Shown: positions 13,110 through 27,482, numbered from the stretch's first letter. The stretch is 64,000 nt of DNA from Octopus sinensis (GCF_006345805.1 NC_042997.1:17608001-17672000), one strand, 5' to 3'. The notes: generated by a model from the letters alone, not told the origin. Program-made: numbers and translations.

Positions 13110-13440
13110 TGGGTAGGCCATCAGAAACTTTTTGTTAAACTGCTTAAAATAACTGGAATAGTTCTAGTAATTTGCATCGTCATTAAGGTGATACAGGAAA
13201 GTACAATATTCAATGACTGGTACAGCAGTAACATCATCAACTATTATAAAGAAACAAAAGAAAACTGCTCCAGTGAGATAGAAACGAGTGCAGAAGTATC
13301 AAAATGAAGGACCAAGTTATGAAAGTTAGTGAAAAAGTGTTTGATATATATATATATATATATATCTTGATAGAAATGGTAAGACAACAAAAGAATGACA
13401 GAGATCTCGATATTATTTAAATAGAGGAATTTATCTGTAA
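13110..13440 (+). mobile_element. Very decayed RTEX-like RT fragment
   Basis: aatgactggtacagcagtaacatcatcaactattataaag...ggaccaagttatgaaagttag parallels NDWRSSTTVNCYK...QVMKVTE of the 16.1-16.3 kb copy. Confidence 0.6.
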
Positions 13441-13467
13441 ATATAATACGTGACAATTATTCAGTAG

Positions 13468-13547
13468 CCATGATAAAACTCTGAGTTTCAGATGTTGGGG
13501 CGGAAACCCACGCCACCATCTCATCAGTTATTGGGCCATTGATGAAA
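13468..13547 (-). ncRNA. Type I hammerhead ribozyme motif in a probable solo PLE pLTR fragment (about 13450-13690)
   Basis: Minus strand: ccaataa CTGATGA gatg..ggcg(tgggtttc)cgcc..catc t GAAA ctc a gag TT ttat..tgg. Stems I-III are present; stem III is identical to that of the 54513 motif. Confidence 0.7.
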
Positions 13548-13689
13548 TGCTAGGAAAATGACCATTAAACAAAGGGGAATTACTGTGTGATTGACCATTA
13601 TTAAGACAAAAGAACTATTAGAATGACTGCTAAGTGAGGGGAGGGAGTAAGGTAAGCAAGTGAAAACGTTGATAGTATTCGCGTAAGTG

Positions 13690-14230
13690 CATACATACAC
13701 ATGCGTGCCCACATACCCATGTACATGCGCCTATAAGTATATACTCATCAACCCTCACTTGAAACACACACATGCTCACCTACACATTTGCCAAAAAATA
13801 TATACATACCCGCATACATGCTTGCACACACACACGCACACAAAAATGGTTCATGCACATGTCTATATACGCACATGCACAAGAAAAAAGGGCTAAAGGC
13901 AAAATACAGAAAAAAGGTGTAGAAAAAGTGTAAAGAAATAAGCAATAAGAGTAAAACACATCTATATATGCACATGCTCACATGCATGCACACACACACG
14001 TCTATATATGCACATACCTGCACACATCTACACATGCACACAAATGATTCCATATGCATGTCTATATACGCACAGGGAAAATGCAGAGTGGAAGGTAGAA
14101 TACAGAAGAAATATGTGTAAAAAGTATACGAGCAATAAGCCTATAAAACATCTCTATAAATATGTAAAAAAAATATATTAAAAATATATAAGCAATATAA
14201 GTAAAAAGTATAGAGAGATGAAAAGCTTGT
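13690..14230. repeat. CA/TA-rich low-complexity tract with internal duplications
   Basis: Repeated catgtctatata...cacatgcac and aaaatacagaa units. Confidence 0.7.
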
Positions 14231-14559
14231 TCATGGACACAATATAGAAAGCAAGTCCTATCTGTAATCTCAGGATGGAGGGTCAAAAACGTAACAAATA
14301 TTCAGCCACATATGGACATGGTCTGAAAAGTTCAGTTCTTGAATTTAGACATGTGGTGGGGTCTAAGCTGCTTACTGCCATTGGTGTAGAGCTTACACTT
14401 GGCTAAGATCTTCCAATGGATGTTGTAACTGACACCTTTATCTTATAAGGACCATATATGACTGGATAATTTGGCTGTTTTCCTTTTATCTCAGTGCCTG
14501 AAGCTCAAAGTGTGATTATTGAACCTGGCCTTGTAGTGTACGCAGGTTGAACTTAAGGC

Positions 14560-17500
14560 TATTGTTTGTTTATGAATTCTGCCAGATGCAAGCTCTCTTT
14601 TCAGGTACATGATGCTGCTGTCCCCCATCCCAGGGCCTCAAGGGCCCATACCTCCCACACCCTCAGGATTGGCACTCTCAACGTCGGCACACTGAAAGGT
14701 AGGTCTCATGAGATTGTTGAGATGCTTGAATGGAGATGTGTCGATATGTGCTGCATCCAAGAAGTAAGGTGGAGAGGATTAGGTTCTGCTAGGTTCCTCA
14801 CAAGTAAAGAACACGGGTACAAGATTTTCTGGGCAGGGAAAACAGACAGGGTTGGGGGTGTGGGTATACTTCTTACGGAGAAATGGGTGGATAAGGTAAT
14901 TGAGGTAGTCAGAGTATGCAACAGAATACTTAAGATTAGGTTAGTGCTTTATCATGGGTCAGCAACCATTATCTCGGCCTATGCTTCTCAGCTGGGGTTA
15001 CCTGATGGACAGAAAGACCGATTCTATGACACCCTCTTGCAGACTACTGCCTTGACGAATGACATGACATTCTTTTTGTGGCTGGTGACTTCAATGGACA
15101 TGATGGACAACATACAGGGGTTTTCCATGGCATACATGGAGGCTATGGTTTTGGTTCCCGCAATGAAGAGGGAACCAGGCTGCTGGAGTTCTGTGATGCA
15201 AATGATCTTATAGTTTGCAATAACTTCAGAAAACCTGCCAGTCACCTAGTCACCTACTGTTCTGGTAAACACACTAGCCAAATTGACTACATCCTTGCCA
15301 GAAAAAGGGAAAGATGGTTGCTTATAAATGCCAAAACCTTCCCAGTTGAAGAATGTACCCCACAACATAGACTGGTAGTTAGTGACTTCAGTATCAGGGC
15401 TAAATGAATGCTCAAAAAACGACCAGCATGGAGGAGAAGGGTCTGGAAGCTTAAAGATCCTGCAAATGGACAGAGATTTAGAGACATATTACTCGAAGCC
15501 TTTGATGATTTAGAAGGGGATATAGCTTCACACGATGTAGAAGACAACTGGAGGTTTCTATGGGACAACCTGATGAGGGCTACTGACCAGATCTGTGGAT
15601 GGTGCAAAGTCCCCTCTTGACCCAAAATAACATGGTGGTGGAACAATGTTGTTGACAGGGCTATTGGAGAAAAGAAACAGGCTTGGAAGGACTGGAAGAA
15701 CAGTGGTAGCAGGGAATTGTATCAGACTGCCAAAAGGGAAGCTAGGAGGCAGGTTTATTTAGCCAAAAGAGAAGCAGATAAGAAAAAATTTGCCAATGTT
15801 CTGCACCATGAGGACCAAAGAATTGAGGTATTTCATGTTGCAACACAGTGTGTAAGAGAGAATTGTGATGTTGTAGGAGAGAAATGTGTTCGTATAGATG
15901 ATGGTTCACTTGCACTAGATGAGGCTGCAAAGAGAGAGGTTTGGAGACACCACTACGAAAGGTTGCTCAATAAAGAAAATTAATGGGAGAAAGAGAGTCT
16001 GCCGAATGTTGACCCAACAGAGGGACCAGCTATCTAAGTTGACAGTACCTCAGTAGATAAAGCAATTAAGAATATGAAGACAGGGAAATCCCCCGGCCCA
16101 TCAGGAATCACTGCAGAGATGCTCAAAATATCTGGGAGTGTCGGCTATAGCCTACTCACCTGTACAGTTAACCAGGTGATACACGAAGGAGTAATACCTA
16201 ATGATTGGCGTAGTAGTACTACAGTTAACTGCTACAAAGGTAAAGGTGATGCTTTAGATACAAATAATTACAGAGGTATCAAGTTGTTGTATCAGGTAAT
16301 GAAGGTTACGGAGTGGGTCATAGCCCAACTAATTAGGGATAGAATCAGTTTAGATGAGATGTAGTTTGGGTTCGGGCCAGGGAAAAGCACTACTGATGCT
16401 ATAGTTCTGGTAAGACAGCTGCTGGAGAAATACCTAGCCAAAGATAACATCTGTACCTGACTTTTGTTGACATGGAGAAAGCGCTTGACAGGGTCCCCCA
16501 ATCCCTTATCTGGTGGTCAATGAGGGAACTAGAGATAGATGAATGGTTAGTGAGAGCTGTGCAAGCCATGTATAGGGATGCTGTCAGTAAGGTGAGGGTT
16601 ACAGTGAAGAATTCCAAGTAGAGGTAGGGGTCCACCAAGGTTCAGTCCTCAGCCCCCTCTTATTTATCATAGTTCTCCAGGCAATAACGGAGGAATTTAA
16701 GACAGGATGCCTCTGGGAGCTCCTCTATGCTGATGACCTTGCTCTAATTGCTGAGTCATTATTAGAACTAGAGAAGTTTCAAGTGTGGAAACAAGGATTA
16801 GAATTGAAGGGCCTTAGAGTCAACCTAGCTAAAAACCAAAGTCCCAATAAGTAGGAAGGCAGGCAAACCACAAATCCCTTCAGGTAGATGGCCCTGATTG
16901 ATCTGTAGAAAATGCGTAGGTAGAAGCTCTATAAGATGTACCCAGTGTAAGCTATGGACACATAAGAGGTGCAGTAATATCAAAGGAAGGCTAACTGGGA
17001 AGAAGTTTTTGTATGTGGCAGATGCTCAGGAGCAATAAACACTGAAAATGTGTAGAGAACAACTTCCGTCACATTCCAGAGAGAAAAACTAGTAGTTGAT
17101 AGCTTCCATTACCTAGGTGATCAAGTCAGTAGTCAGGGAGGGTGCACTGAAAGTGTAGCTGCTAGAATAAGAATAGCCTGGGCAAAGTTCAGAGAGCTCT
17201 TACCTCTGCTGGTGACAAAGGGCCTCTTGCTCAGAGTAAAAGGTAGACTGTATGATGCATGTGTACGAACAGCCATGCTACATGGCAGTGAAACATGGGC
17301 TGTGACTGCTGAGGACATGCATAAGCTCACAAGGAATGAAGCCAGTATGCTCCGATGGATGTGTAATGTCAGTGTGCATACTTGACAGAATGTTAGTACC
17401 TTGAGAGAAAAGTTGGACCTAAGAATCATCAGATGTGGTGTGCAAGAGAGACGACTGTACAGGTATGGTCATGTAGTGAGAATGGATCTGGATAGCTGTG

Positions 17501-17900
17501 TGAAAAAGTGCCACACCCTAGCGGTTGAGGAAACCTGCGGAAGAGGTAGACCCAGGAAGACTTGGGATGAGGTGAAGCATGACCTTTGAAAATTGGGTCT
17601 CACTGAGGCAATGACTAGTGACCGGGACCTTTGGAAATATGCTGTGGTTGAGAAGACTCAGCAAGCTTAAGTGAGACCATAACCTTGTGGCCTATACCAG
17701 AGGTGTAACCAGCCCACTTATGCATACCTTTCCTTCATTGGACACTAAACTCTGCTTGTGAAGACCTGTTGAGGCAAATTCAATGACTGGCTCCCATGCC
17801 AGTGGAGCACTAAGAGCACTAACTGAGCATGACTTCTGCCAGAGCAGTGGACTGGCTTCCGTGCCGGTGGCAAGTAAAAAGCACCATTCAAACGTGATCA
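14560..17900 (+). mobile_element. Near full-length decayed RTE/RTEX-like LINE (APE + RT + PHD-like insert + thumb + partial 3' UTR)
   Basis: LRIGTLNVGTLKGRS..CCIQEVRW, AGDFNGH, SQIDYIL, TPQHRLVV, TGKSPGP, NYRGIK, LLYADDL, LHGSETW, RGRPRKTW. Multiple stops and frameshifts. Confidence 0.92.
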
Positions 17901-20715
17901 AACCTCATAGTTATTGTTTTCCACATTATCAAATTACAAGATAAAGTACCTGCTGTACTATATGCTTAAATTAAGTACTATAAATCTTTTTTCTGATACT
18001 TCTTTACTATTTTCTAACCACAAGATAGTTCATCAGCCACTTAGTGCTATCTGGATAAGCTATTCTACTAATGTCAAACACAGTAAGATCTTCCATCTCA
18101 TTTAATGTTTGCTTCAAAATATATATATTATATTGTACTGCTATTTAACATTTACATACATCAAATATGACATGAGAGTATTTATAGTTCTAAGAAATTT
18201 ACTTTTTAGTCAAGTCAACAAGCATTTCTCAACTTGTTTGTCTAGATTCCAAACATTAAGGACTCATTTTGTCAGCTTTGATATCAGATGGTAACAAATA
18301 CCTCAATTTAAAGGTCATTGTGTTACTATTTTTAATTCTTCATGTTACATTTATAATTCAAATTATACTTATATGCTGCTTTGTTTCTTATTCAAACTTA
18401 TTGTCCAAACCAAGATCTAACAATTTCATTGAGAAAATTTGAAGCCTTCAGGCAGTATCCTGTTTGGTTTATGGTTTAAAGTCAATCAAAATACAATATG
18501 TAATAGAAGTCATATTGGCACTTATATTTAGACATTTATTTACATTGATTAACACAGTGAGATCTTTATCATTCATAAGAAATATAATATATTCCTAAAA
18601 ATAGAAAAAAGAACAAAATTGAAATTTCAGCAATGGATGTTGGTTTCACATTTGGAGATTAAATTAATATTATAATTATGTTCATGTGTTTGGATACATA
18701 GGTATGTTAAGGGAAGATGTGGAATCAAACATTTCAGGACTAGCTTGTTATCTAACAGAAAGAATTTGCACATCACTCCCAAAATGTCCCATTATTCTTT
18801 TTTCTTATAGAGCAACAACTTAGTTAAGCTTGTGAACTTACATTGTGTAATTTTTGCTGGCACAAGCCACCTCTACTCTCCTTGGATTCTTGGGTATTTT
18901 ACATAAATACAATTATTCTTAGCAAATAACATATTAACCAAACTTATTCATTTTTAAGTATCAGTTTAATATGATTTTTTTTGTGACATATTCTATTGAA
19001 CAATAACAATTCCCATTCAATTATTTCTTTCTAAATATTTTACTGTAGATTGTTTTGGTTTTTCTAGATAGGAAAAACTATAGATGATATATTTATGATT
19101 ATTCTATTATTAAAAATAAAACAAAAAAAACTTGTTTTATAATAATGTAAAAGAAGGATAATGAAACACCTGAATTGAAAGATGTTAGTAAAGTGCAAAT
19201 TGGGGACTATATTTTATGTTATCTCAGAGATCACTATGTATTATTATATAGCTATTATTTACTACAGTCTGTTTGAGGATTTTGTTGTTGCTTTGATTCT
19301 TTACAGGGAACACACACACACAGACACAAATAGCAAAAGCAAAACAAAAGCAAAAACAAAACAATACATTATTTTTGTCATTGAGAAGTATGATCTCTTC
19401 ATCAAATGAAATATATAAGAAACAAACAGTATTGAATTGTAAGAATTATTGTTCGTTCATATATACAAGAATTATTAAACCACATTGTTGATTTATAATT
19501 TTAGTATCTTATACAATATGAAATATTTGTAAAATGAATTTCAATAACAAAATAACATGTAAAGTCATTTTGATTTTACCACTGACATCTTTGATTGTTT
19601 TCTTTCAAGAATTATGGATTAATGATTAAAATAGCAGAAATCAATCAAATGTTTACATTTTTATCTTCAACATGTTAATGCCTTTAAGTATTTGCATTCA
19701 AAAAGCTTTGTGTATTTCTGTATTGCTACATGTAAATCTGTGATTTAATCCATTTTTATATGTTTGAAGCATGATCTAGTTTTGACAAAATTTCTGATGG
19801 TAACTATTGTGTCTGAGTGGAGTGATTTTGAAAATCAGAGATTTTACTGTTATTTTATTATTTTATCTATTTATTTATTTATTTATTTATTTATTTATTC
19901 ATTCATTGATTCCTCTGTGTTCCAAAGAGGGTGAATTGCAACTATAGCCTAGAAATTCCCTTCTGATGTAAAGTGGTGATCATGTTAAGTAAGCTCAATT
20001 TTAGAATTTTCCCTTTTTTGTTTTGTTTCAAACTGCAAGTTAGTAGCAACTTCAAGAAAAGAGTTTCTAGGCAATACCAATTGAGAGGAGAATTTACGTT
20101 TGAAGCTGAGAAAAGTGATTGTAATATGTTCTAACGTCACTGAAATATCTATAGATACAGGTTATTTAAGAACCATTTTGTGTCATTGTCATCCTTATCT
20201 ATTTTCCTTTTTCAATATGCCAACATATCATTATGCTCATTACCACCACCATCACCATCACTGCTATCATCATCATCATTACTACCATTACTGCCACCAT
20301 CATTGCTGTTGTCACACCATCACTATCACCACCAGTTTAGTTCCTACTTTAGAATGTTAGTAAGGCTATTATTTATAAGTCTCATTTCTGTTTTATTTCT
20401 ATAAAGTCAAAATTTCTTTGGCCATAAAGAGACTCTACATGGTTGTTTGATTTGCCAGAAACAGTAACCTCAAATCACATCCTCTTGCCTTAATGAGAGG
20501 AACACACTGAATAATGCATTTCTTAGATACCACTTAAAGATGGAAAGACTTTGGTTATGAGTCTGATCAGAGTTGATCATTTCAGTTTCCCCTAGAGTAT
20601 CTTCGCCACTGACAGATATGAGATTTCTGTACTGTAGCATGCTCTCACTGATAAGCTGTTATAAGCTCTACTTTCAGAGTCAGATATGTACTTTAACTAA
20701 AAGAATTTATATACT

Positions 20716-21306
20716 ACGTAAAGTGTACTAGCCATCTGAATGTGGCTAGCCACTGGGGGTGGGGTGTTACTGACGCTTTTAGCCCCAGGAGATCAATGTC
20801 TCCAGCTGGCCTTAGACACAATTTCAGTGCCCTTGTGTTATTTGCACAGGGAGGTCATCCTCCCTCGAAAACCTAAGTGATACATACGGACTATAGTTTC
20901 AAGGTATTTGCCTCTCGTCAACGCATGGTAAACACCGGTTTTCGATGAAGGAGACCTTTGCAAATAATATTTAACGTTTTTCCCAGCAACCACAGTCACT
21001 GATTTAGAAAAACTCTAAATCAGTGACTGTAGTTGCTGGGAAAAACGTTAAATATTATTTGCAAAGGTCTCCTTCATCGAAAACCGGTGTTTAACATGCG
21101 TTGACGAGAGGCAAATACCTTGAAACTATAGTTCGTATGTATCACTTAGGTTTTCGAGGGAGGATGACCTCCCTTTGCAAATAACACAAGGGCACTGAAA
21201 TTGTGTCTAAGGCCAGCTGGAGACGTTGATCTCCTGGGGCTAAAAGCGTCAGTAACACCCCACCCCCAGTGGCTAGCCACATTCAGATGGCTAGTACACT
21301 TTACGT
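20716..21306. mobile_element. 591-bp near-perfect palindrome (foldback/MITE-like element)
   Basis: Left arm 20716-21008 is the reverse complement of 21014-21306. 5-nt loop aaaac; five mismatches seen by eye. Confidence 0.9.
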
Positions 21307-21799
21307 TGTCGAGCGGTTACTGTTTATATCTCGTCCGGAGATTTATTAATGCCTTAATTTATATACTATCATCAGAAAACCATTCCTGCAAACTCACAAA
21401 CTGTTATTTTATCATAGAATATTTAACATCTATTGCTACAATTAACTCCATATACAGTTTCACAACTGTTCAAGTCATTTTCTCACACTTAGTAATCTCA
21501 CTGCTTACTAGATGACATAATATTCTTTACTTCTTTACTCTTAATGTAATAAAGATTACATTTCCACTTAGGAGGAATATCCAAACTAAATTCTATGTAT
21601 TTCAAGTCCATACCAATGGCAGTTCTGTAAATATAGTTTATCTTCATGTTACCATTGAAAATGCAACTCACTTTCTTTTATACATCAGAAAACCTAGTAT
21701 AATATGTATGCTTGTTTTTGTGCAATAGTTGTTATTTAGCAGCTGTCATGCATAGTAGCTGTCACTATTAATTAATAATGTGTGTGTGTGTGTGTGTAC

Positions 21800-22210
21800 A
21801 GCATCATTTTAATGCCTACTTTTCCACATTCAAATGGGCCAGATGGAATTTGTTGAGGTAGATTTATAGCTAGATGCCCTTCCTGTCACCAACCCTCACC
21901 TGCTTCCAAATACGGCAATATTTTCTCATGACTAGAAATGTTTTTCACAGAAAATTGGAAAGGAAAGACATCACTTGCATAGGAGTGGCACTTGTTTACA
22001 ACTATTACATGAAGCCAAGGCAAGGAGACAGTAAAACACACACATTCATATATACAGGATGGGCTTCTTCGATTACCATTTTCTAAATACACTCACAAAG
22101 CTTTTACTGGCTTAGGGCTACAGCAGAAGACACTTGCCCAAGATGCAATTCTGTGAAACTGAACACAGAATCATGAGCTTGGGAAGCAAACTTCTTATCA
22201 CACAGCCATG
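21800..22210 (-). mobile_element. tRNA-headed SINE with RTEX-type tail
   Basis: Reverse-complement homology to 10785-11190 (gatgcccttcctgtcaccaaccctcacctg; gaagacacttgcccaag). Confidence 0.65.
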
Positions 22211-23069
22211 TCTGCACCTTCACAGACACACCTGCACCTACAGGTTTCCATATTTACAGGTAGTAGTTTGGACTGTCATGGTATAAAGCAATACTTATGT
22301 GGTGCCACCATATTCTGTTGTACTGATTATGTTGGTGAACCAAAACAAAACTGTAACTATACAATTAAGTTGCATAATATTTGGAAAACAATTTCTGAGT
22401 TTTCTGCTTTCATTGCATTAGGTTGTTACTTTTTTACATGCCAACCTGTTATAAATAGATGCCAAATCTCCTTCAAATCATACCCAAATACCTTTAAACA
22501 AAAGGACATAATATTGGTGTGCGAGATGAATAATATCTAAAATGATGAGATAGTTAAGGTTGAAAGTTTCTCATCATAGATTTGCTCAACGGAGGCTGAC
22601 ACAGGGCTAAATGACAACAATGCCTCACTTTCCATTTAGCTACTTTGTATAGTTCCCTGCTATTGTGGAAACCACATGTTAATATAGAGGACAAAAATCA
22701 TTCAAACTGCATTGATGTTATTGGCAGGCACACACAACATGAAATTGAGGACATACCAAAACAACTGGGGAAACAGAGATTTCTGGCATGGTATAGTGAA
22801 ATTCATTTTGAATGCAGCTGCTTAAAAAAAGATAATAGTTTTCAGCTTACTTTATTCCACAATCAATCAGTGATTTACATTTTGCTGCTTCATATAGCCT
22901 CAATTTCTATTAAAAACATTATATCACCCAGAACATAAATGATACAGAGTTTCATATAGAATATAAAGTCTGTCCTCTGAAGAAGGTCTACCTACCCTCT
23001 TCCACTCTCTCTCTCTCACTTTCTTGGCATATATATATATTTTTCTGTTCGAGGGCATGTAAAATTCTA

Positions 23070-24870
23070 AAGATTCATGGACGAGTTCTCTTCAACAGTC
23101 CTTGTCCCTCACCATCACAACCATGTCCTGTGTCTCTCAGAGACCAGTGTCTGTCCTTATAGCATCAACATATGTCATCCTCGCTCTCCCTCTTCTAGTG
23201 TGTCCATGTAGGGGTTCCCACAAGAGAACTGAGTGTGGTATCAACTCTGAATGACGGTGAGCATGTCCAGCTAACCTCAGTCTCCTCTGTGTTTTTTTGA
23301 GCTAACTTTTGGAAGGCTCTCATACAGCTCTGAGTTCTTCATACTCAGTGTATACTGATTAATGTTCAGAGCAATCCTCAGTATTCTTGTGTAGCATGCA
23401 TCCACAATCTGAGTGAGTTTCTTGGTCAGTGTCCAAGTCTCAGACCCGTACAACTGCACAGACTCCACTGCAGCAATGAAGAGACAGATCTTCATATCTT
23501 TATGAAGGTCTGACCTCCATACAGATCTCAAACTGTGGCATGCTGCTCAGGCTTTGCTCTTCCTCTCAGCTATATCATCCTCTGTGTTCCCAATCTTTGT
23601 TCCTAGATACAGGAAGTCCTCAACCAACTCTAGTGACTTCCTGCCTACATTCATAATCTTCTCTGGCTTCTTAATGTTCTCTACCTGATACTTTGTTTTA
23701 TTCACATTCATTTTCAACCCCACACTCATTGACACAGTTTCCACCTATTGCATCAACTCCTCTGCCTCCTCTACTGTATTTGTCCCCAGAACTATGTTGT
23801 CAGCAAATTCAGCATCTTTTTGGCCTTGGCCCTCTTGCTCTGAGCTAGCACTACAGTAAAGCTAGAGTCCTGGTGTTTCTCCAGCACAAAGCACATACCA
23901 TAGTCCACTGCAATGATGAAAAAAGTAAGGAGCCAATACTGGCACTCCAGCCAGTATCTCAAAGAACTCCATCATCCCATCAAGTGTAATGACTTGGGCT
24001 TGGTGTTCGTGTAGAGCAGTGATATAAGGTCCACTATCCTCTTGGGGATTCCATAAACATGTAAGATCATCAGGCAGTGACGGTCCACAGCATCAAAGGC
24101 CTTCCTAAAGTCAATGAAAACCATGATAGCAGGAAGACTCCTTGCTTTAGCTCCCTCTTATATCCTCCTCAGCATTCAGATCTTCCTGCTTCTCTCTCTG
24201 AAACCGTTCTGGTTGTCCCTGAGCTTCTTCTCCATCTTGGGTTGGATCCTGTTAAGAATCATCCTGCTGAGGGTCTTTGTCACAAGTGACAAGTGAGATC
24301 CTCCTGTAGTTGTTGGTGTTAAGAAATTTCTCTTCTTTGGCACTGGGATGATGTTACTGATCCTCCACTGATTCAGGGCAACTTCTTTTTCCAGTACCTG
24401 GTTACATAACTCTAAGATGATATCATCAAAATCACAGTTCCTCATCACCTTTGGTGCTACTCTATCTTCTTCATGGGCCTTGTCCTCCTTGATCTTCTTT
24501 TTGGCTCTCTGAAGCTCCTCTTTGACGAAGGGTCCTAACTCAATATCCAGTTCCTCAAACAGCTGTCTGATCTCCCCACTATTCTGGTTTGTGGATGGCA
24601 GCTCTCCTAGTAGTCCAGCAATTTACTCTTTCTTTTCTTGGCCTTTGTTCCCTGGATCTGATTCGAACTACATTTCTTCCTCCCTGTGAGCTCATTGATG
24701 ATTGTCCAGCTCTCTTTACACCTAGACCCATCAATCGCTCTCTCTTTATTTCTGATCTCCTCCATCAGTGCTGCCTCTTTGGCCTCATTGTCAGTGGCAC
24801 AGAGTTCTTCCTTCATCACCTCCACATTCTCCTTCTTCTCCTCTGGTCCTTGGGCAGCTTTCAGGTGTTC
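23070..24870 (-). mobile_element. 5'-truncated decayed RTE-like LINE (RT + thumb), distinct family without the PHD insert
   Basis: Minus-strand pieces WRISNIIPVPKK, NQNGFR, GLKMNVNKTK, DFLYLG, VQLYGSETWTLT. Confidence 0.85.
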
Positions 24871-25579
24871 TCTAGGTGTGTGCGTGTGCATGTGTGTATA
24901 GGTTTGTTGATGCAAACAGGAAGAATAGAACCCTAAACAAGTGTGTGTGTATGTGTGTAGTGTGTGTGTGCGTGTGTGTGTGTGTGTGTCTTTTGAAGAT
25001 GTGCACTTATGTTCTAGCCCTCTAAATGACTAAAAGCTATAGTTGTAAAAAAGTAGTCACTAGATGCAAATACATACTTCATTTTAAGGAAACTTTTAGG
25101 TTGAAACTCCAAGTTAAAGAGGATGATAGAATTTATATAAAGCAAATGGAAGTTATTGACATGAATTCTTATATGAATGTTAAACACACTTGTTTTGGAA
25201 TGTTGTTGGTGATTAGAAAATTATGTTAATTTTATGAAAATATAAAAAAACTAGAAAAGCACTCATTTCCACCCATATACACGCATGCTGAAAATTGCCC
25301 AATTTCCTAAACCAACGCTGGCAAAAACATAACCTCCTTGGCAGGGTTAAAAAAAATAACACAGCCATATGATTTTTTTGAAAAAACCCTTTAAAAACAG
25401 GAATCATCTGAAGCAGTTATAATACAACAATGACAACAGCAAGCTAGTTTCACAGCAGCAGTGGAGGGAGCAAAGCCTGAGATTTTTGAGTTGATCCCAA
25501 TAGCCAAGGCTTGTCATGTCATCCTCTGCAGACCTCTGCCAAGTAGCTCACTTTAAGATTGATATACGAGTAAAATTAC

Positions 25580-25915
25580 TAATAGAGAAATGAAAATAAA
25601 CTTTGGAATCAGCAACGCCACCATAGGTTAAGTGGAAACAATGAACGTGTTTTCAAGGGAGATAATTAAAGAACGTAACATTGTAATACTTCATGTAAAG
25701 TAAATATAACAAATGAAAAATCCTTCAAGAATCCATAACAATCCATGGGTCACTACCAAAATTTCACCATCTGTTCCTTGTGTCATTAGCAACTTTTTCT
25801 GCAAGAGTCATCAAATACCATTCAAAACTTTTTGAGTTATTTTGCACACAGATGGACAGACGGACAAACCAATGCCAATGAAAATATAACCTCCTTCCTT
25901 GGCGGTGGTAATAAA
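25580..25915 (+). mobile_element. HINE-like element end (second similar end at about 25230-25350)
   Basis: acagatggacagacggacaaac...aaatataacctccttccttggcggtggtaat and aaaacataacctccttggcagggttaa resemble Helentron-associated 3' ends. Confidence 0.45.
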
Positions 25916-25989
25916 CAAATTGATTTTAGAAGTATAAAAGAAAATAGACAGGAGACAATGAAGGACAAATCTTATGATTAATATTATCA

Positions 25990-26320
25990 TCATCATTTAA
26001 TGTCTGCTGTCCATACTGGTGTAAGTTGGATGGTTTGACCAGGGCTGGTAAGCTGGAAGGCTGCACCAGACACCAGTTTGATTTGGCATAGTTTTCTATG
26101 GCTGGATGCCCTTCCTGACGCTAACCACTCAGAGTGTAATGGGTGCTTTTACATGCCACCGACATGGGTGCCATTTGTGTGACACCAGTATCTACCATGA
26201 CTTCAATTTTGCTCGGCTTGATGGGTCTTCTTCTCAAGCATGACATAATGCCAAAGGTCTCAGTCATTGCCTCTGTAAGGCCCAACACTCGAAAGGAACT
26301 CAAACACTTTGCCTCAATAT
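25990..26320 (-). mobile_element. 3' end fragment of the RTEX-like LINE
   Basis: catcatcatttaatgtctgctgtccatactgg tail; LGLTEAMT C-terminal remnant on the minus strand. Confidence 0.7.
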
Positions 26321-27482
26321 TTTAATATTCATGGAACTTAATTGACATTCACAAATACAGTGGCATATCATAAGTGAAAAATATTTAATTCTATATTTTC
26401 TTAACAGATTTCAGTGACATAAACCCCAATTTTTTAATCATGGAAATGAATTTTCCAAAATGTTTCTGTATTCAGGAACTTGCATCTTTATCTCTCTCTT
26501 GCACTAATTCATTTTCTAAAATTGTTCCTCTTGAACCTACTCTGTTGGTCACATTGCCTGGAAAGACTGGATACAATTCAAAACAGTGAAGACTCTTTTG
26601 TCTAGCAAAATAAAGGCAACTTCATTATCACTAGTTCCATGATAAAAAGCACCCAGTATACTCTGTAAATTCATTGTTAACAGCATAGAGGTGAGAAAGT
26701 CCTTTAGTCTTCTCATACTGAAGCCATGATTAAATGCACCCCATACATTCAGTGAAGGGGTAGGTGTTAGATGCTGGGAAAATAAAACGAATGAGCTAGA
26801 TCTGGGCATTGACTAATAGGAACTGGTTTGGAATGTGATAACTTGTCCAATCTACACCAGTATGGAAAGAAGTTACAAAATAATGATGACAATTTAATTC
26901 AGTTAAACTGAAGTCAGTAGTGAAATTTTCTCATAGTGTAATCTTGTGGCAACCAGCCACACTTGTTTCGAAAGATTTGTTCATGAAATTGTATGTCATG
27001 TAACTTAAAATGTTCATGTTAGAAAAATTCTTATATTACTCCTGGGTGATGAAGCAAATCCAATGAAAGAAATGTGAAATCATCACATTTTTCAATATGT
27101 TCTTTGGTTTTGAAATATTTCACCTTATCTCTGAACTGAACTACGAAAGAACATTTTTTATTTCTTATATTAAAGAAATAAAAATGGAAATAAACATGTT
27201 TAGTAAAAATTAAATCGCAGAAAAACTGAAGAAACTGTTTCTGAAAAAATGAGATCATTGCTTTTTAAATTATTTCATAGTTGTAAAAAGTAAATTTGCA
27301 ATTTGGTTTTTATAGTGCTGCACTAAAATTTCTGATAGATATAAAGCAATAATAGGTAAAACAATGCCACAAAAGAGAAGCAATAAAACAAATGCTACAA
27401 AAATTATAGGAGTGGAGTTATCAAGGTTCAAAATGATATCTACCTTCATACAAACATATGTATAGAACATATATACAAAGAT

